A DNA stretch of 54,064 bases, the filler included, from Bilabrum cf. latius (taxonomy: Eukaryota), in assembly GCA_965178125.1 (NCBI GenBank). It is 2 parts of 2 records of this genome, joined end to end, with 100 filler letters (N's around TTAATTAATTAA, not from the genome) between each part and the next. Parts side by side here need not be neighbours in the genome. Positions count along the whole stretch, not along the records: positions 1 to 27,068 come from CBCXTV010000029.1; positions 27,169 to 54,064 come from CBCXTV010000030.1. One strand, given 5' to 3'. Shown here in pieces: positions 20,722-31,241 of this stretch; position 1 is the first letter of the stretch; every line of letters begins with the position of its first letter. Made by a program: the position numbers and the translations under genes. The notes beneath the pieces are model-generated. The model searched no databases. It was not told the DNA's origin and saw nothing but the letters and a program-made list of their open reading frames with translations.

Positions 20722-21700
20722 GGGTGTGATGTGGTGGGAGCGCTTCCGCCTCACGTGGCAGACGTCCACACTTCCTGGTTCCCCGGCAGGCTGTTTGGCG
20801 AGACGGAGTGGCAAAGCATCCGCCTGCTGATTCCTACTTTGTTACCTCGATTGTGAGCTCGGAGCTTGGGGCGGAGGATTCTGCGGGCAGCTCATGTGTG
20901 CCTAGAGTGTCATCCCGCGACCCTCTGACTTCTGTTCGTGGCTTTACCTCTTCGCGCAGGAAGATTCCTCATGAGGCAAGCCCGGTCCGAACTCGCGTGG
21001 GATGCCGTGCGCTGGTGCGGCTTCCACTCATCCCCGGGGTGGGGAGCGCTGGGTAAAGGATCGTCTGTCCCTGCAAGTTTCGATTCGGCGAGGTGCGGCA
21101 GCATGACGCGGACCGAGGTGAAGTCCTTTGTCCGCGATAGGTCGCCGCGTCGCGCGGTGGCGACCCCACAGCGCCCAAATCCCATTCCGGAGAGGGGGTG
21201 TGATGCAGTGGGAGCCCTTCCGCCTCACGTGACAGACGTTCACACTTCCTGGTTCCCATAAGGTCTTCAGCACAGCGCATGCGAGGCAGGCTGTTCGGCG
21301 AGACGTAGTGGCATCGCCCCCGCCTGCTCATTCCTACTTTGTTACCTCGATTGTCAGCTTGGGGCTCGGGGGCGGCGGATTCAGCGGGCAGCTCATGTAT
21401 GCTGGAGTGTCATCCCGCGACCTCTGACTTCTGTCCGTGGCTTTACCTCTTCGCGCAGGAAGATTCCTCATGAGGCAAGCCCGGTGCGAACTCCTGTGGG
21501 ATGCCGTGCGCTGGTTCGGATTCCACTCATGCCCGATGTGGGGAGCGCTAGGGTAAAGGATCGTCTGTCCCTGCAAGTTTCGATTCGGCTCGAGTCAATG
21601 TGAGGAAGGAGAGGTGCGGCAGCATGACGCGGAACGAGGTGACGTCCTTTGTCCGCGATAGGTCGCCGCGTCGCGCGGTGGCGACCCCGCAGCGCCCAAA
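20722..21700. repeat. Diverged ~475-500-bp tandem duplication
   Basis: GGGTGTGATG...CTTCCGCCTCACGTG...CACACTTCCTGGTTCCC at about 20722 and 21197; both copies end in ...GGTGGCGACCCC(A/G)CAGCGCCCAAA. Confidence 0.85.
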
Positions 21701-22145
21701 CCCCGCCCCGCCTAGTCCTCACTCGACAGCGGTGTCGAACCTGCAGCAGCGCTTCGAGAACATGCAGCAGCGTGCGGAAAGCTTGAGCGCTCAGCTGGAG
21801 TACGCCCAAAGTGTGATCAGGCTGCTCTCAGGCCTGTTGCGCGATGAGGCTCCTCGGTTCCATGCAGACTTTGATCCCGTGATTCGGCGTGCGATGTCTG
21901 GCGCAAGCGGCTCCGTTGCGGGTAGGTCTTTCCGTCTTGTGGACGGAGGCGTCATCCACGGACCTGACACAGCAGTCGCTGCTCCTCCGCGTCGTCTCAT
22001 CGTTGAGGTGCGTACGGACTGGGAGATGACCGAGACTGCCTCAACTGTGCTGGATTCCTCAGGATCAGACGACATGGGTTCCGAGGACTCGCCGCCGCCG
22101 ACCGTCGTCCTCCCCAGCGGCGCGGCGGGCGCCGGCGGTGCCTAG
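21624..22145 (+). CDS. Hypothetical coiled-coil protein (173 aa)
   Basis: ATG at 21624; heptad-like VSNLQQRFENMQQRAESLSAQLEYAQSVIRLL; co-oriented. Confidence 0.5.
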   Translation: MTRNEVTSFVRDRSPRRAVATPQRPNPAPPSPHSTAVSNLQQRFENMQQRAESLSAQLEYAQSVIRLLSGLLRDEAPRFHADFDPVIRRAMSGASGSVAGRSFRLVDGGVIHGPDTAVAAPPRRLIVEVRTDWEMTETASTVLDSSGSDDMGSEDSPPPTVVLPSGAAGAGGA

Positions 22146-22683
22146 TCCTCGGCAGCTCCTGCATCGGAGCCTCCTGTCGAGATTCGATCGCGCAACGTCG
22201 TTCCTTACATTGCTTGCCGTCGCATGTGCCGGGCGGTGGTGGGTGTGCGTGTTCGCCGAAAGTTCCCGGCCTCGTCTTCCTCAGGAGAGCTCCTCGACCC
22301 GAAATTGGCAGCTCAGCGCTGCCGTGGCCGATACAGTACCCGTGCACGGCCAGTTGGCAGCTACGCGCTGCCGTTGCCAATGTCGTCCGCACGAGAGCAG
22401 AGTGGCAGCTCAGCGCAGGCGAGAAACCGCGCTCGCAATGCTGCGAGGTGTATTCAATGCTGTGCACGTGTCTATCCCTCTCCCTGGTTTTGTCTCGCTT
22501 GCGCCAGTGTGACCGCAGCAGAGCGGGTGCTTCCCGTGCGTCTTCAGCTTTGAGCACTCCTCCAGCGACAGGAAGGCATTCGCTTGCTCTCGCTCCCCGC
22601 CTGCGTCCTATCCCTCCCGGGTATCTTCAGAGGCCACAGGCAGTGCGAAGCTTGGCAGCGGGTCCGTCCGCGTCGTTTCGGCT

Positions 22684-24321
22684 GTGAGCGATCTTCTGCC
22701 CGGTTCCTCACGCGTCATAATGTTCTCTGCTTCGGTGCCGGATCAGCTCGCACGGATCAGTAAGGAGCTGAAGTGTCTCAGAGACGCGAGACAACGGGCG
22801 CGCAATGGGCTGCGCCATCCGTGGTTGCGCGCCATGGAGGCACAGGTCGCTGAGGTTATTCGTCATCACCCCGGAGGTGGCGAGGCAGCTCTTCGAACCT
22901 ATGTCTCTCGTCAGTTGCAGAGTCGACAGGTTTCCACGCGGACGGCTTCGCAGGAGGAGTTTCAAAGGCAGGTCGATGAGGAGGTCGCGCTCACCATGAG
23001 GCGCCCAGCTGAGGCGTGGCAGCGAAATCCTCTTCGCTCATGTCATCGAGAGTCCGTGGCACGCGCAGAGACCTTTCTCGCCGAGGCTTCTGTCGTTGCT
23101 TGGATCGACCATGTGAACGAGCAGCGTGGGTGTGCTCCAACTGGGAACATGGTTTTCGCCATGCTTGCGAGGATGGGCGTTCGCGCGGGGAAGGACTCGG
23201 CTCGACGGCAGTGGCTCCTGCGCTTCCGTCGTCGTTGGCGGCTTCGGCATGGCCGATTGAAGAAGCAGCCCCCGGTAACACTCGATTACGTCAGACTCGC
23301 GTGTCGTGTCTTCTATCAGTGGATTGAATTCGCAGAAGCGCGAGTGCCCCCCAACCGCCGCCTCGTCTTTGTGAACTTCGATGAGTCCAGCGTGCCCTTT
23401 GCCTTTCCGGGAATGCGCGGGTACATCGCACCGAGGTCAGGAACGGAGCCCGCTTCGCTTGGTTCGCGCACGGAGCGCCTCGCCTCGAATAGCAATCGAG
23501 GATCGTACACCTTTCTGGGTTTTATTAGCGACTGCCCGGAAATCCAGCGACGACTCCCGCGTATACTCATCGGGAAGCACACGCGGCTGAGCAAGCGCTT
23601 GATGCGTGGGGCGCCGAACCAAATGGTGGACGGAATGGAAGTCTGGGCCCGAGAGAGCTCGTGGGTGACGCAGTCCCTCATGTTCGACATTCTGCGTCGG
23701 CTTTTCGCTTCTTGGATGGACATTCAGCATGAGATCTATCCAATAGTGATACTTGACTGCGCGCCCCAACACATTTCCACTGAGATTGTGAACTTCGCAC
23801 ACGGCCTTGGCATGGATCTCGTGTTTATTCCTGGTCGACTCACCTTCTTGCTTCAGCCGTTGGACGTTCTCGTCTTTCAGCTTCTTAAGCGCGACCTTCG
23901 GGAGACGTGGATGCAGGAGCGCTCGCGTCATGAAGCGGGTCATGTCGATGTCTCTTGCCATCTCAGGGTTGTCGCTGAGTGCACGAAGAGAGTGCTCTCG
24001 TCTGGCTCGTGGCAAGGCGCTTTCGATATGACAGGCATTACCAGCGGCAGGCGCCGCTTGCATTCGACCCTACGGCGCTTGTTTGAGTGTGACATGGAGG
24101 ACATCTCCAGCGATGCTCCGTCTGTCGACCAGCTCCGCTTCATCAGCAGTCCGCAGCAGCCTCTCCCGCACGATGCGCTCATCAACAGGGCCCCAGTCGC
24201 GTCCGGACACGGGGTCGACGGAGGCGTCCACGGTGGTAACGCTCGCCGCGTGCCTCGTGGCCGCAGACTAAACGGATGGACCCCCCGCGATCGCGCTCAC
24301 CCCTCGGCGGCCATGCCGTGA
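22684..24321 (+). CDS. pogo-family (DDE_1) DD35D transposase; first ATG at 22720
   Basis: CENP-B-type HTH end WLLRFRRRW. Catalytic motifs NFDES, ILDCAPQH and LQPLD, with 35 residues between D2 and D3. Confidence 0.9.
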   Translation: MSDLLPGSSRVIMFSASVPDQLARISKELKCLRDARQRARNGLRHPWLRAMEAQVAEVIRHHPGGGEAALRTYVSRQLQSRQVSTRTASQEEFQRQVDEEVALTMRRPAEAWQRNPLRSCHRESVARAETFLAEASVVAWIDHVNEQRGCAPTGNMVFAMLARMGVRAGKDSARRQWLLRFRRRWRLRHGRLKKQPPVTLDYVRLACRVFYQWIEFAEARVPPNRRLVFVNFDESSVPFAFPGMRGYIAPRSGTEPASLGSRTERLASNSNRGSYTFLGFISDCPEIQRRLPRILIGKHTRLSKRLMRGAPNQMVDGMEVWARESSWVTQSLMFDILRRLFASWMDIQHEIYPIVILDCAPQHISTEIVNFAHGLGMDLVFIPGRLTFLLQPLDVLVFQLLKRDLRETWMQERSRHEAGHVDVSCHLRVVAECTKRVLSSGSWQGAFDMTGITSGRRRLHSTLRRLFECDMEDISSDAPSVDQLRFISSPQQPLPHDALINRAPVASGHGVDGGVHGGNARRVPRGRRLNGWTPRDRAHPSAAMP

Positions 24322-25340
24322 CCTCGACCACGACCATGTCAGGGGCGAACGCGACTTCGTCAACCTCGAGCACGACCATCCCAGCGGCGAACGCGGCTTC
24401 CTCGATGGGATCCCTGACCCCGACGAAGCTTCCCCGACCTCGGCCACGTGAACCTGCAGGCGCATTCTTGCCCGATGTGCCCGCGCAGGTGGCGGCCTGC
24501 ACGGCGTGGGCGCCACCGTTTCGTCGACCAGACAGCTCAGCCACTCCGGCGACGCGCGAGGCGGCAACGTCCACGTGCATCAATCCGTGGACCGCTCTCT
24601 CCTGGTATCCGACACCACCGCAGCCGACGGACCCCCCTTCCGACAGGCCTCGCGAGGTACCGAACCGGAGCTCCCGGCAGCAGCGCAGGCGTCATGCTTG
24701 GGGCGGCACGTGGGTGTTCGACGACGCCATTACGCTCAGCGATTGCGGGTCGAGGGTGCAGATCGACGCGCCGCAGTCGAAGCTCTTGGCGATGGTCGTG
24801 CCCCGGAAGTCGGGCCAGTGGATTCCTCGTAGGCTGCGCTCGCGTACGATCTGGTATTTGGCTGGGGAGCAGTCGGCCGTGATCACCAACCTCAAGTGCC
24901 AGGCCTGCAGTCGGGTCAAGCACGCGGACAGCTTCAACCCGAAGAGCTTGCGTCGGGCTCAGTACTCGTTGCTGCATTCCCTGTGGCCCGGCTACATACG
25001 ACGTACCGAGCGGTCTATTTGGTGCACGCAGTGTGCGGTGGAGGACCAGTTGATGCAGGGCAACTTTCCGGACGGCTACTGTTTCCGGATCCGCGCCACA
25101 CTCGAAATTTGCCATCAAGATCGCGTCGCGGCCAAGCTGTTTGCAGTGCACGACAGTAACGCTCTCTTCGAGCAGATCCCGCTGAGCTCCCGTGCGGCCA
25201 TGGACGTGGCGGAGCAGTTGCGCCGATACTGGCAGGATGCCGTGTCCTCAGACGGCCAGAGCAACATCTTCCACAGCGACCACGTTTCGACAGACGACGA
25301 CTCTGAGTTCGCACCGGGCGGACCGGAGAGCGTGCCGTGA
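24276..25340 (+). CDS. Hypothetical protein with CxxC...CxxC motif and Ser/Thr/Pro-rich N-terminus
   Basis: 354-aa ATG ORF overlapping the transposase 3' end; LKCQAC...IWCTQC. Fragments are copied into the left mosaic. Confidence 0.6.
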   Translation: MDPPRSRSPLGGHAVTSTTTMSGANATSSTSSTTIPAANAASSMGSLTPTKLPRPRPREPAGAFLPDVPAQVAACTAWAPPFRRPDSSATPATREAATSTCINPWTALSWYPTPPQPTDPPSDRPREVPNRSSRQQRRRHAWGGTWVFDDAITLSDCGSRVQIDAPQSKLLAMVVPRKSGQWIPRRLRSRTIWYLAGEQSAVITNLKCQACSRVKHADSFNPKSLRRAQYSLLHSLWPGYIRRTERSIWCTQCAVEDQLMQGNFPDGYCFRIRATLEICHQDRVAAKLFAVHDSNALFEQIPLSSRAAMDVAEQLRRYWQDAVSSDGQSNIFHSDHVSTDDDSEFAPGGPESVP

Positions 25341-25540
25341 GGGACCGCAGCGACAGTAGCGTCGCTTAGGTGAGGAGCGGGTGCCAATGCTCTTTTGAAA
25401 ATGGTGTGTCGTACGTACGGCAGGAGCCGTCGGTGGGAGCGGGGCGGATCCTGCGGGAAGTCGTGGAGACTGAGGGCAGAGACTCTCGGGTCGGTCAGGG
25501 TCTCATGTAACGTGCTGTTCACCGCAGAGGTATGTGCGGA

Positions 25541-25794
25541 TCTTGGTGGATCTCTCGAGGACATGGGTGGCATACCGTTGTGCATCCGTTCCCCGGGGGG
25601 GGCGGTCGCAGAAGCGTGCACACGAAAACAAGAGGAAAGGAGACCAACCCCCCAAACCCACGTAGTGCGATCCTGGGGGGTACCCTATAAGGTACTAAGA
25701 ATCCTTCTCCCGAAAATCGCACTACCTCGGGCCACAACGTCTTGGTGGATTCCTCGAGGACATGGGTGGCATACCGTTGTGCATCCGTTCCCCG
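25541..25794. repeat. Second copy of the element-A inverted-repeat cassette, bracketed by 55-bp direct repeats
   Basis: 25593-25730 resembles 14196-14327. TCTTGGTGGAT...GCATCCGTTCCCCG occurs at 25541-25595 and 25740-25794. Confidence 0.85.
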
Positions 25795-26689
25795 TCGCTC
25801 CCTAACGTCTTCAGTGGCAGGTTCGGAAAAGACACCTCCGTAGGCACGCGACAAGTCCCGGTGAAGCGGGCTCGCACCGCGCTGGGCGGGAGATCGTGAG
25901 CGCTTAGAGGACCGGAGCTCTCGGGCGGGTGCGTGTCTCGACAAACTCCCTCTTGACCACGGGCGGGGAACGTGTAGGGCGGAAGCTAAAGACACCGTAA
26001 GTAGCGGAGGGCTAACATTCCGTCCTTCGGTGAGAGCCAAAAGTTCGAGTCTGCGAGAGACTATTATACGAAGTTCTCCCCTCCTCATACGTGCGCATAG
26101 CCTCCTCACGCGGTAGCGCGAGCGCGGGACCCGGACCTGTCCCTGATGGGCGTGAATCTGAACCCGGCGTACTCTCCTAGTCTGTCACTTCCACGACCTT
26201 GTTGTCGCGGAACCACTTGCACGGAGAGGAACCTGTCGTTCAAGCGGGTGCAGCCGGACGCGCAGGTGTAGTGCATCGCCTTGCATATGTGCACGGCCAA
26301 GTAGATGCCGGAACCGTAGAGGTATCACACTTCCCGCGGAGCTTGGGTGGGTCTTTCGCTGCTGTCGTCTGCTCCAGAAGGTTTGCGCCAAAAACCGGAA
26401 AACTTCTAAGACAGAGGTGGGATGCCAGGAGCTCACGGTCCTGCCGGATTGGGGAGGTCCATGCCCACGCGAGCCGGGTACGCGTCCAAATCAACGCACA
26501 GAGCGGGAGCTGAGGGCGCCAAGGACGCTCACTGTCAGGCACACACAACGCGCACAGAATTCGTCATTTCGCGTTCAAAGCCTGCCAACGACGTGGTGCT
26601 TGGCGAAATGGGGTGGGTGGCGAAGATGTGGTACTTCGCCGTGCCTTTCTCTATGACGGCCAAGCGTGCACTCGCCATCGCGCTCGGAC

Positions 26690-26845
26690 GCCACAGGAAG
26701 AGATCCCAGCTCGCAGCTCCGCCGCCTCATCCAGGAGTAAGGCGAAGTCGAATCGTGAATAGCGCTTCGCACCTTCACAGAGCCGAGGATCACAGATAGG
26801 CCCCGCCTCACAGAACCCAGCGCCATAGGGCAGAGCGTGAAGTAC
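26690..26845 (+). pseudogene. Diverged remnant of the coiled-coil gene 3' end and its downstream flank
   Basis: GAAGAGATCCCAGCTCGCAGCTCCGCC...GGCGAAGTCGA...AGCGCTTC...CCGAGGATCACAGATAG...GGGCAGAGCGTGAAGTAC matches about 13770-13925. Confidence 0.7.
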
Positions 26846-27068
26846 CTGGCCGCTTGGCTTGGCCGGACCCCCGCCCGCCCTCCGCCGGCAGCTCCTCCCG
26901 TCCGTCCCTATGGAGGCAGATCCGCGTACCCATGCTGCGGCGGGATCCTGACACAATCCGCTCCTCTTAGTGTGTGGCCGTGGGGCATGAGTGGAGCAGC
27001 ATCGGGCCCTCACCAGCCGTGGAACGGAAGCAGCTCTCCGTGCGGCAGCTGTGCGATGCACAGACCTC

Positions 27069-27168
27069 NNNNNNNNNNNNNNNNNNNNNNNNNNNNNNNN
27101 NNNNNNNNNNNNTTAATTAATTAANNNNNNNNNNNNNNNNNNNNNNNNNNNNNNNNNNNNNNNNNNNN
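27069..27168. other. Artificial assembly spacer (N44-TTAATTAATTAA-N44)
   Basis: Exactly 100 nt, with a six-frame stop linker at 27113-27124. Confidence 0.95.
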
Positions 27169-27865
27169 GAGCCCACCCGGTCGCGAGACCGCCAAAAACA
27201 ATGCGGTGAAGTACTTCCAGCGCTGTACCATGGAAGCTCGTTCGGAACCGGGTCTCGTCGAAATCCGTGGCGATCCTGTCTGCCGCGGGCAAATCGAATC
27301 GCACATAGAAACCGAGGGGAGAAAAAGAACCCTCCGGGCGGTCTATGGCACCGCGAAGAATGCCATTCACCAACCGCGGTCGGGTCGCGATCCATTCCCA
27401 CAAGGTATGGACCGCTGTAAACGGTCGGGCGTCGCGTCGCCCTATCGAACCGCCTGCGGCGACCCAACGAGTGAAGCTTCGGGTCCGACCAGCATCCAGA
27501 GCGATGACTGGATTAGTTCCGCGCCACCGCCGGATGTGCGGGGCCGGCGCGTTCTCCACGCCGTCCCACATGAAACGGCCCATACCGCCTCGCCAAGCCA
27601 GGGGCCCGGCTGGCCTCTGGGCCGTGGGCGGCCACGGCGGAACGTCGCCAGGCATGCCCTTAAAACGCCGTGCGTATGACGGCAATTCATCGACCATGAG
27701 ATAGGCGCCTAGGGTCGTGCCGCTCTCAGTCGTCACCCGGCTTGCCGTTGCGGCGGGCATTTCCGGCGCGTTCGCTATCTCCGCCTCGGAGACCAGCTCT
27801 GCCGGAATGTCCGCCCTCGCGACCGCCTCCGTGATCGACGCCTGGTCGACGCTGCTTGTCGCCAT
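27169..27865 (-). CDS. PARP-like ADP-ribosyltransferase, 5' part (cut by the assembly gap)
   Basis: Identical to the 5' part of 40479-41585; includes FHGT. Confidence 0.6.
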
Positions 27866-28049
27866 CACCTTTTCTTTCCAAGGCCCAAGCCATGTTTTGT
27901 ATATAGAGGCGCTGGAGACCTGGGTATGAATCCAAGAAGAAAAAATGCTCGGTCCTTCCCGCGTTCAGATTCACATTTCTGGACAAAACACCGGCAGCTC
28001 ACGAGGGCGCACGGCGGAAAAAAAGACCACTGAATGGATACACTCCGCC

Positions 28050-28750
28050 CGTGGCGACCCGCCCGCGCGCCCGCCCGCTCGCCCGTCCGCCCGTCTGCCC
28101 GCCCGCCCGCCCGTACGACCGCTCGCCCGCTCGCCCTTTCGTCCGCCCACCCGCGTGCACCCGCCCGCCCTTTCACCCAATTGCCCGCACGCCTGCCCGC
28201 CCACTCGACCGTGCGTCCGCCCAGAGGCCCGCCCACCGGCCCGCCCGGGCGCCCACCCGCCAGCCCGCTCGCCGGCCCTCAGGCCCGTTGGCCGGTTTGC
28301 CCGCTCGCGCCTCCGTCCGCCCGTGGCCCGCCCGCTCGCGAACCCGCTGGCTAGCCCGCGCGCCCGCCCGCCTACACCAATCCACTCGCGCACGCTCGCT
28401 CCCGCCCACCCGGCCGCCCGTCCGCCCGCCCGTCCGACAGCCAGCCGACCCGTCCGCCCGCGAGCCTGCCTGCCCACGCGTGCGCGCGCTCGCCTGCTTG
28501 CGCACACCCGCGCGCGCTCACGCGCGTACGCGTGGCGACCCGCGGGCTCGCCGGCCCAACAGCTCCACCGGATAGCCGCTCGGCTTTCTGCCCGCTCCCC
28601 CGCCCGCCCGATCGCCCGCGCACCCACCCGATCGCTCGCCCGACCAGTCGCCCGCCCGCCCGCCTGCCCGCCCGCCCGCCCGTCCTCCGCCCGCCTGCCC
28701 GCGAACAGGCCCGCCCGCGCGCCCGCACGCCGGGCCGCCCACCCGCCCGG
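28050..28750. repeat. Degenerate (CCCG)n low-complexity tract
   Basis: Direct reading. Similar tracts at about 32220-32345 and 39810-40165, and in unit 2. Confidence 0.9.
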
Positions 28751-28891
28751 AAATGTCAGACATTCCCTGTCATAAGGAAACTGTTGCGCGGTGAGATGCA
28801 TCCTCAGAAAAACTCCACGCTCGTATGAAAACGCCAAGAAAAATGCTCGAGGAAAGTACCCAGATCACTCAAACGAATGACTGCAATGTTC

Positions 28892-29542
28892 CTAAAAGCC
28901 ATGCCGTGTCCCCGCTACAAGTACGCATGCCGATATTACCTCCGCCATCGCTGCTGCAACACTCGACGACCGAAGTGGTGGCGGCGTGCGCTCGCGCGAC
29001 GAGGAGGCCGCGCTCGAGCTCGCTGACAACGACGAGATCGGAGTCAACGCCCGCGCCCACATGCGGGCAACTCGCATCCCGACGTCAGCAACGTCTGCGG
29101 CATTCATAGATGACCGCAAACTCTCGAGCATGCGACCCCCTCGAGTCGCCCCCAGCGCTTCGGACAACGTTGTCCAAGCCACCGCGACACATGCGCGATG
29201 CTCCGTGGGCAACGTGTCCCATGCAAGACGCGCCGCAAACACCGCAATCACGAACTTCATCGCACCAGTGACAGATTCGATGTTGTACGCGAGGCACAAC
29301 ATCTTCTCATCATACACCAAATACGTGCCGCAATCACGGAGTTCCCAAAGCGCCTCATACCGAATTCCATGCAAGGAGCGCCTGAGTTGTGACCCCTCTC
29401 CACGACGCGCGCCGGGGCGCGAGAGTCGATGGCTGTGTCCCTCACAACTGCAGTGCGCCCCACAGTAAGGTCCGCCGACAGCCAGACAGCGGACCGCAGC
29501 GACGTTCGAGCATCCCTCAATCGCGCACGACCGAGAAGCCAT
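28892..29542 (-). CDS. Hypothetical protein with an N-terminal Cys/His cluster
   Basis: 216-aa ATG ORF; CAIEGC...C...CGAHCSCEGH; co-oriented with the element B genes. Confidence 0.6.
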   Translation of the reverse strand: MASRSCAIEGCSNVAAVRCLAVGGPYCGAHCSCEGHSHRLSRPGARRGEGSQLRRSLHGIRYEALWELRDCGTYLVYDEKMLCLAYNIESVTGAMKFVIAVFAARLAWDTLPTEHRACVAVAWTTLSEALGATRGGRMLESLRSSMNAADVADVGMRVARMWARALTPISSLSASSSAASSSRERTPPPLRSSSVAAAMAEVISACVLVAGTRHGF

Positions 29543-30575
29543 GATACGCTCGCGGGTTTATTGCGCGCGGATCGTTTCGGGACGCTCTGACACTCGCTGA
29601 AAAAAATCATGCGAAACACATATAACTCACGCTCGGTTCTAGGCCGGAAGACCGCCCGTCCGCTCGCCCGACTGCTCGCCTCTCCGAAGGTCCACCGTGC
29701 CGCCTGCTCATTAGCGTCCCCGCGTGAACGCCCGTTCCTCATAGGGAAGTGACCTGCAACATCACTCTCGCACTTGCTGCGAAAACACCATGCCTGTACC
29801 AATCAATGCTACCGCTGTGACGAGCATGACCAAGATTGGAAGAAGATCAGAGCTGCAAGTTTCCATCACCATGTGCACCTCCGCAAAAAAAAAGACGTGA
29901 TGAAAGCACAACTTGTTTCCACCGGCAGCTCTCCTTGGGCGCACGGCGAGACATGAAAAAGAAAACAATGATCAGTCCGTTGCTCGAACATTCACATACC
30001 AATGCAGGAAGGCATTGTTAATGACATTCTCCATCGCGCTTTGCGCTTTCTTCTCACATGCGCCACAGATGCAGACACACTTGCCCGTCCGACTCCCTGA
30101 TGGCACAAGCATGTGATCGGCTACGAAAGGTGACGGAAAAAAACAGCCAATGCAGTGTCGTGCACGGAACTCATGCAAATCCGAATGGACTGCTTCCGAG
30201 AAATGAGACTAGCCACATTGGTGGATCGATCAAAAAAATGATAACACTTTCACACACACACACACACGGTATGGTCGCGGCCGGTCAATTCTTTTCGTGT
30301 GACAATCACCAAGACCAAATTCTGACAGAGCGAGTAAACATATGAAATTGCCTTCTGCACAGACATGTTGTCCGACAAGCCGTGCGTAAGCATCATCAGA
30401 CTCCGGCAACGGATCTTTCCATCCGAACCGCAATGACAACGGATGCTCAAGGTTTGTTGCGGGACACAAGCACGCACTATACATTGAAAAAACAAGCTAT
30501 ACAAAACAAAGTTCGCGTTGCCCGGCACTGTCTGTTTCATGCCGGTCGTCACGAACACAAAGGCGTCATGGCGTT

Positions 30576-31025
30576 TTACGGCCATTTGACACCGACTTCG
30601 CGAGCACGACGTCGGAGTTCGACGCCCTGGGTCGGCGTACATCCGAGCCACCGAATGCGCCGATTGAATTCTTGCCACTCGGCGTGGCCGATGGGCACCA
30701 GATCAGGGTGCTTATGGAAAACAATCCATGGCAACCCTTTCTCCGTCCCGAAGGCAGGGCTCTCACACGGCAACCGCGGCGGTACGCCGGCTTTGCGAAA
30801 CTCAGCGTCTGTCCACCACTGATATTTCACGCCCTCGTCCCTCGAGTCGTGGAGCGACTGCACCCATCTCCTGTACTGCGCTTCACACGAGCGCATATAT
30901 GAGCGCACCCATGCGGACGGGTCGCTCACCTTTTCGCCAGCAGCGCTTGAGGACGCCGGCATGTCCACCACCTCTTCCGCTTCATCAGCCGGAGAAATGG
31001 GCGAAGCACTTCCATACCACGCCAT
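30576..31025 (-). CDS. Hypothetical Trp-rich protein (149 aa)
   Basis: ATG at 31025 within ORF 30576-31073; protein-like composition; downstream of the motif copy at 31242. Confidence 0.45.
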   Translation of the reverse strand: MAWYGSASPISPADEAEEVVDMPASSSAAGEKVSDPSAWVRSYMRSCEAQYRRWVQSLHDSRDEGVKYQWWTDAEFRKAGVPPRLPCESPAFGTEKGLPWIVFHKHPDLVPIGHAEWQEFNRRIRWLGCTPTQGVELRRRAREVGVKWP

Positions 31026-31241
31026 ACCCACGGATGAAGAGGAAACTCGGGATGGGGCGACAAAAAGACGCAATCAAACGACGTCTGAATGCGAGCACCA
31101 ACATTTCGGAGAGGAATGAATGATCACTTGGAAAAGATGCATGCGAGAAAACAATGCCATGATACGCTCATGCTGTTCCACGCAGACATGGGACAATGAC
31201 ATGGCCAATCTCCGTATTGTCCTGAAAATCGCATATCAAGG

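Larger units (their letters stand above)
9759..26845 (+). mobile_element. Element A: putative Rep-helicase + pogo-transposase composite element (boundaries uncertain)
   Basis: Co-oriented GT, coiled-coil, Rep, CxxC and DD35D transposase ORFs. The inverted-repeat cassette occurs at 14196-14327 and 25593-25730. Three genes have homologues in element B. Confidence 0.6.

Noticed and set aside
22500-24500. Stand-alone pogo transposon with its own TIRs
   Set aside because: I found no terminal inverted repeats flanking either transposase by eye, and both overlap the next co-oriented ORF. An einverted search is needed to exclude TIRs formally.
27069-27168. TTAATTAATTAA palindrome as a biological site, or A and B as physically adjacent convergent elements
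   Set aside because: It sits symmetrically within Ns totalling 100 nt, so it is an artificial six-frame stop linker. Adjacency and relative orientation of the halves are unproven.
27945-28837. Long Pro/Arg/Ala- or Gly/Arg-rich ORFs on both strands (also 39635-41140 and unit 2 copies)
   Set aside because: They result from stop-poor (CCCG)n low-complexity sequence.
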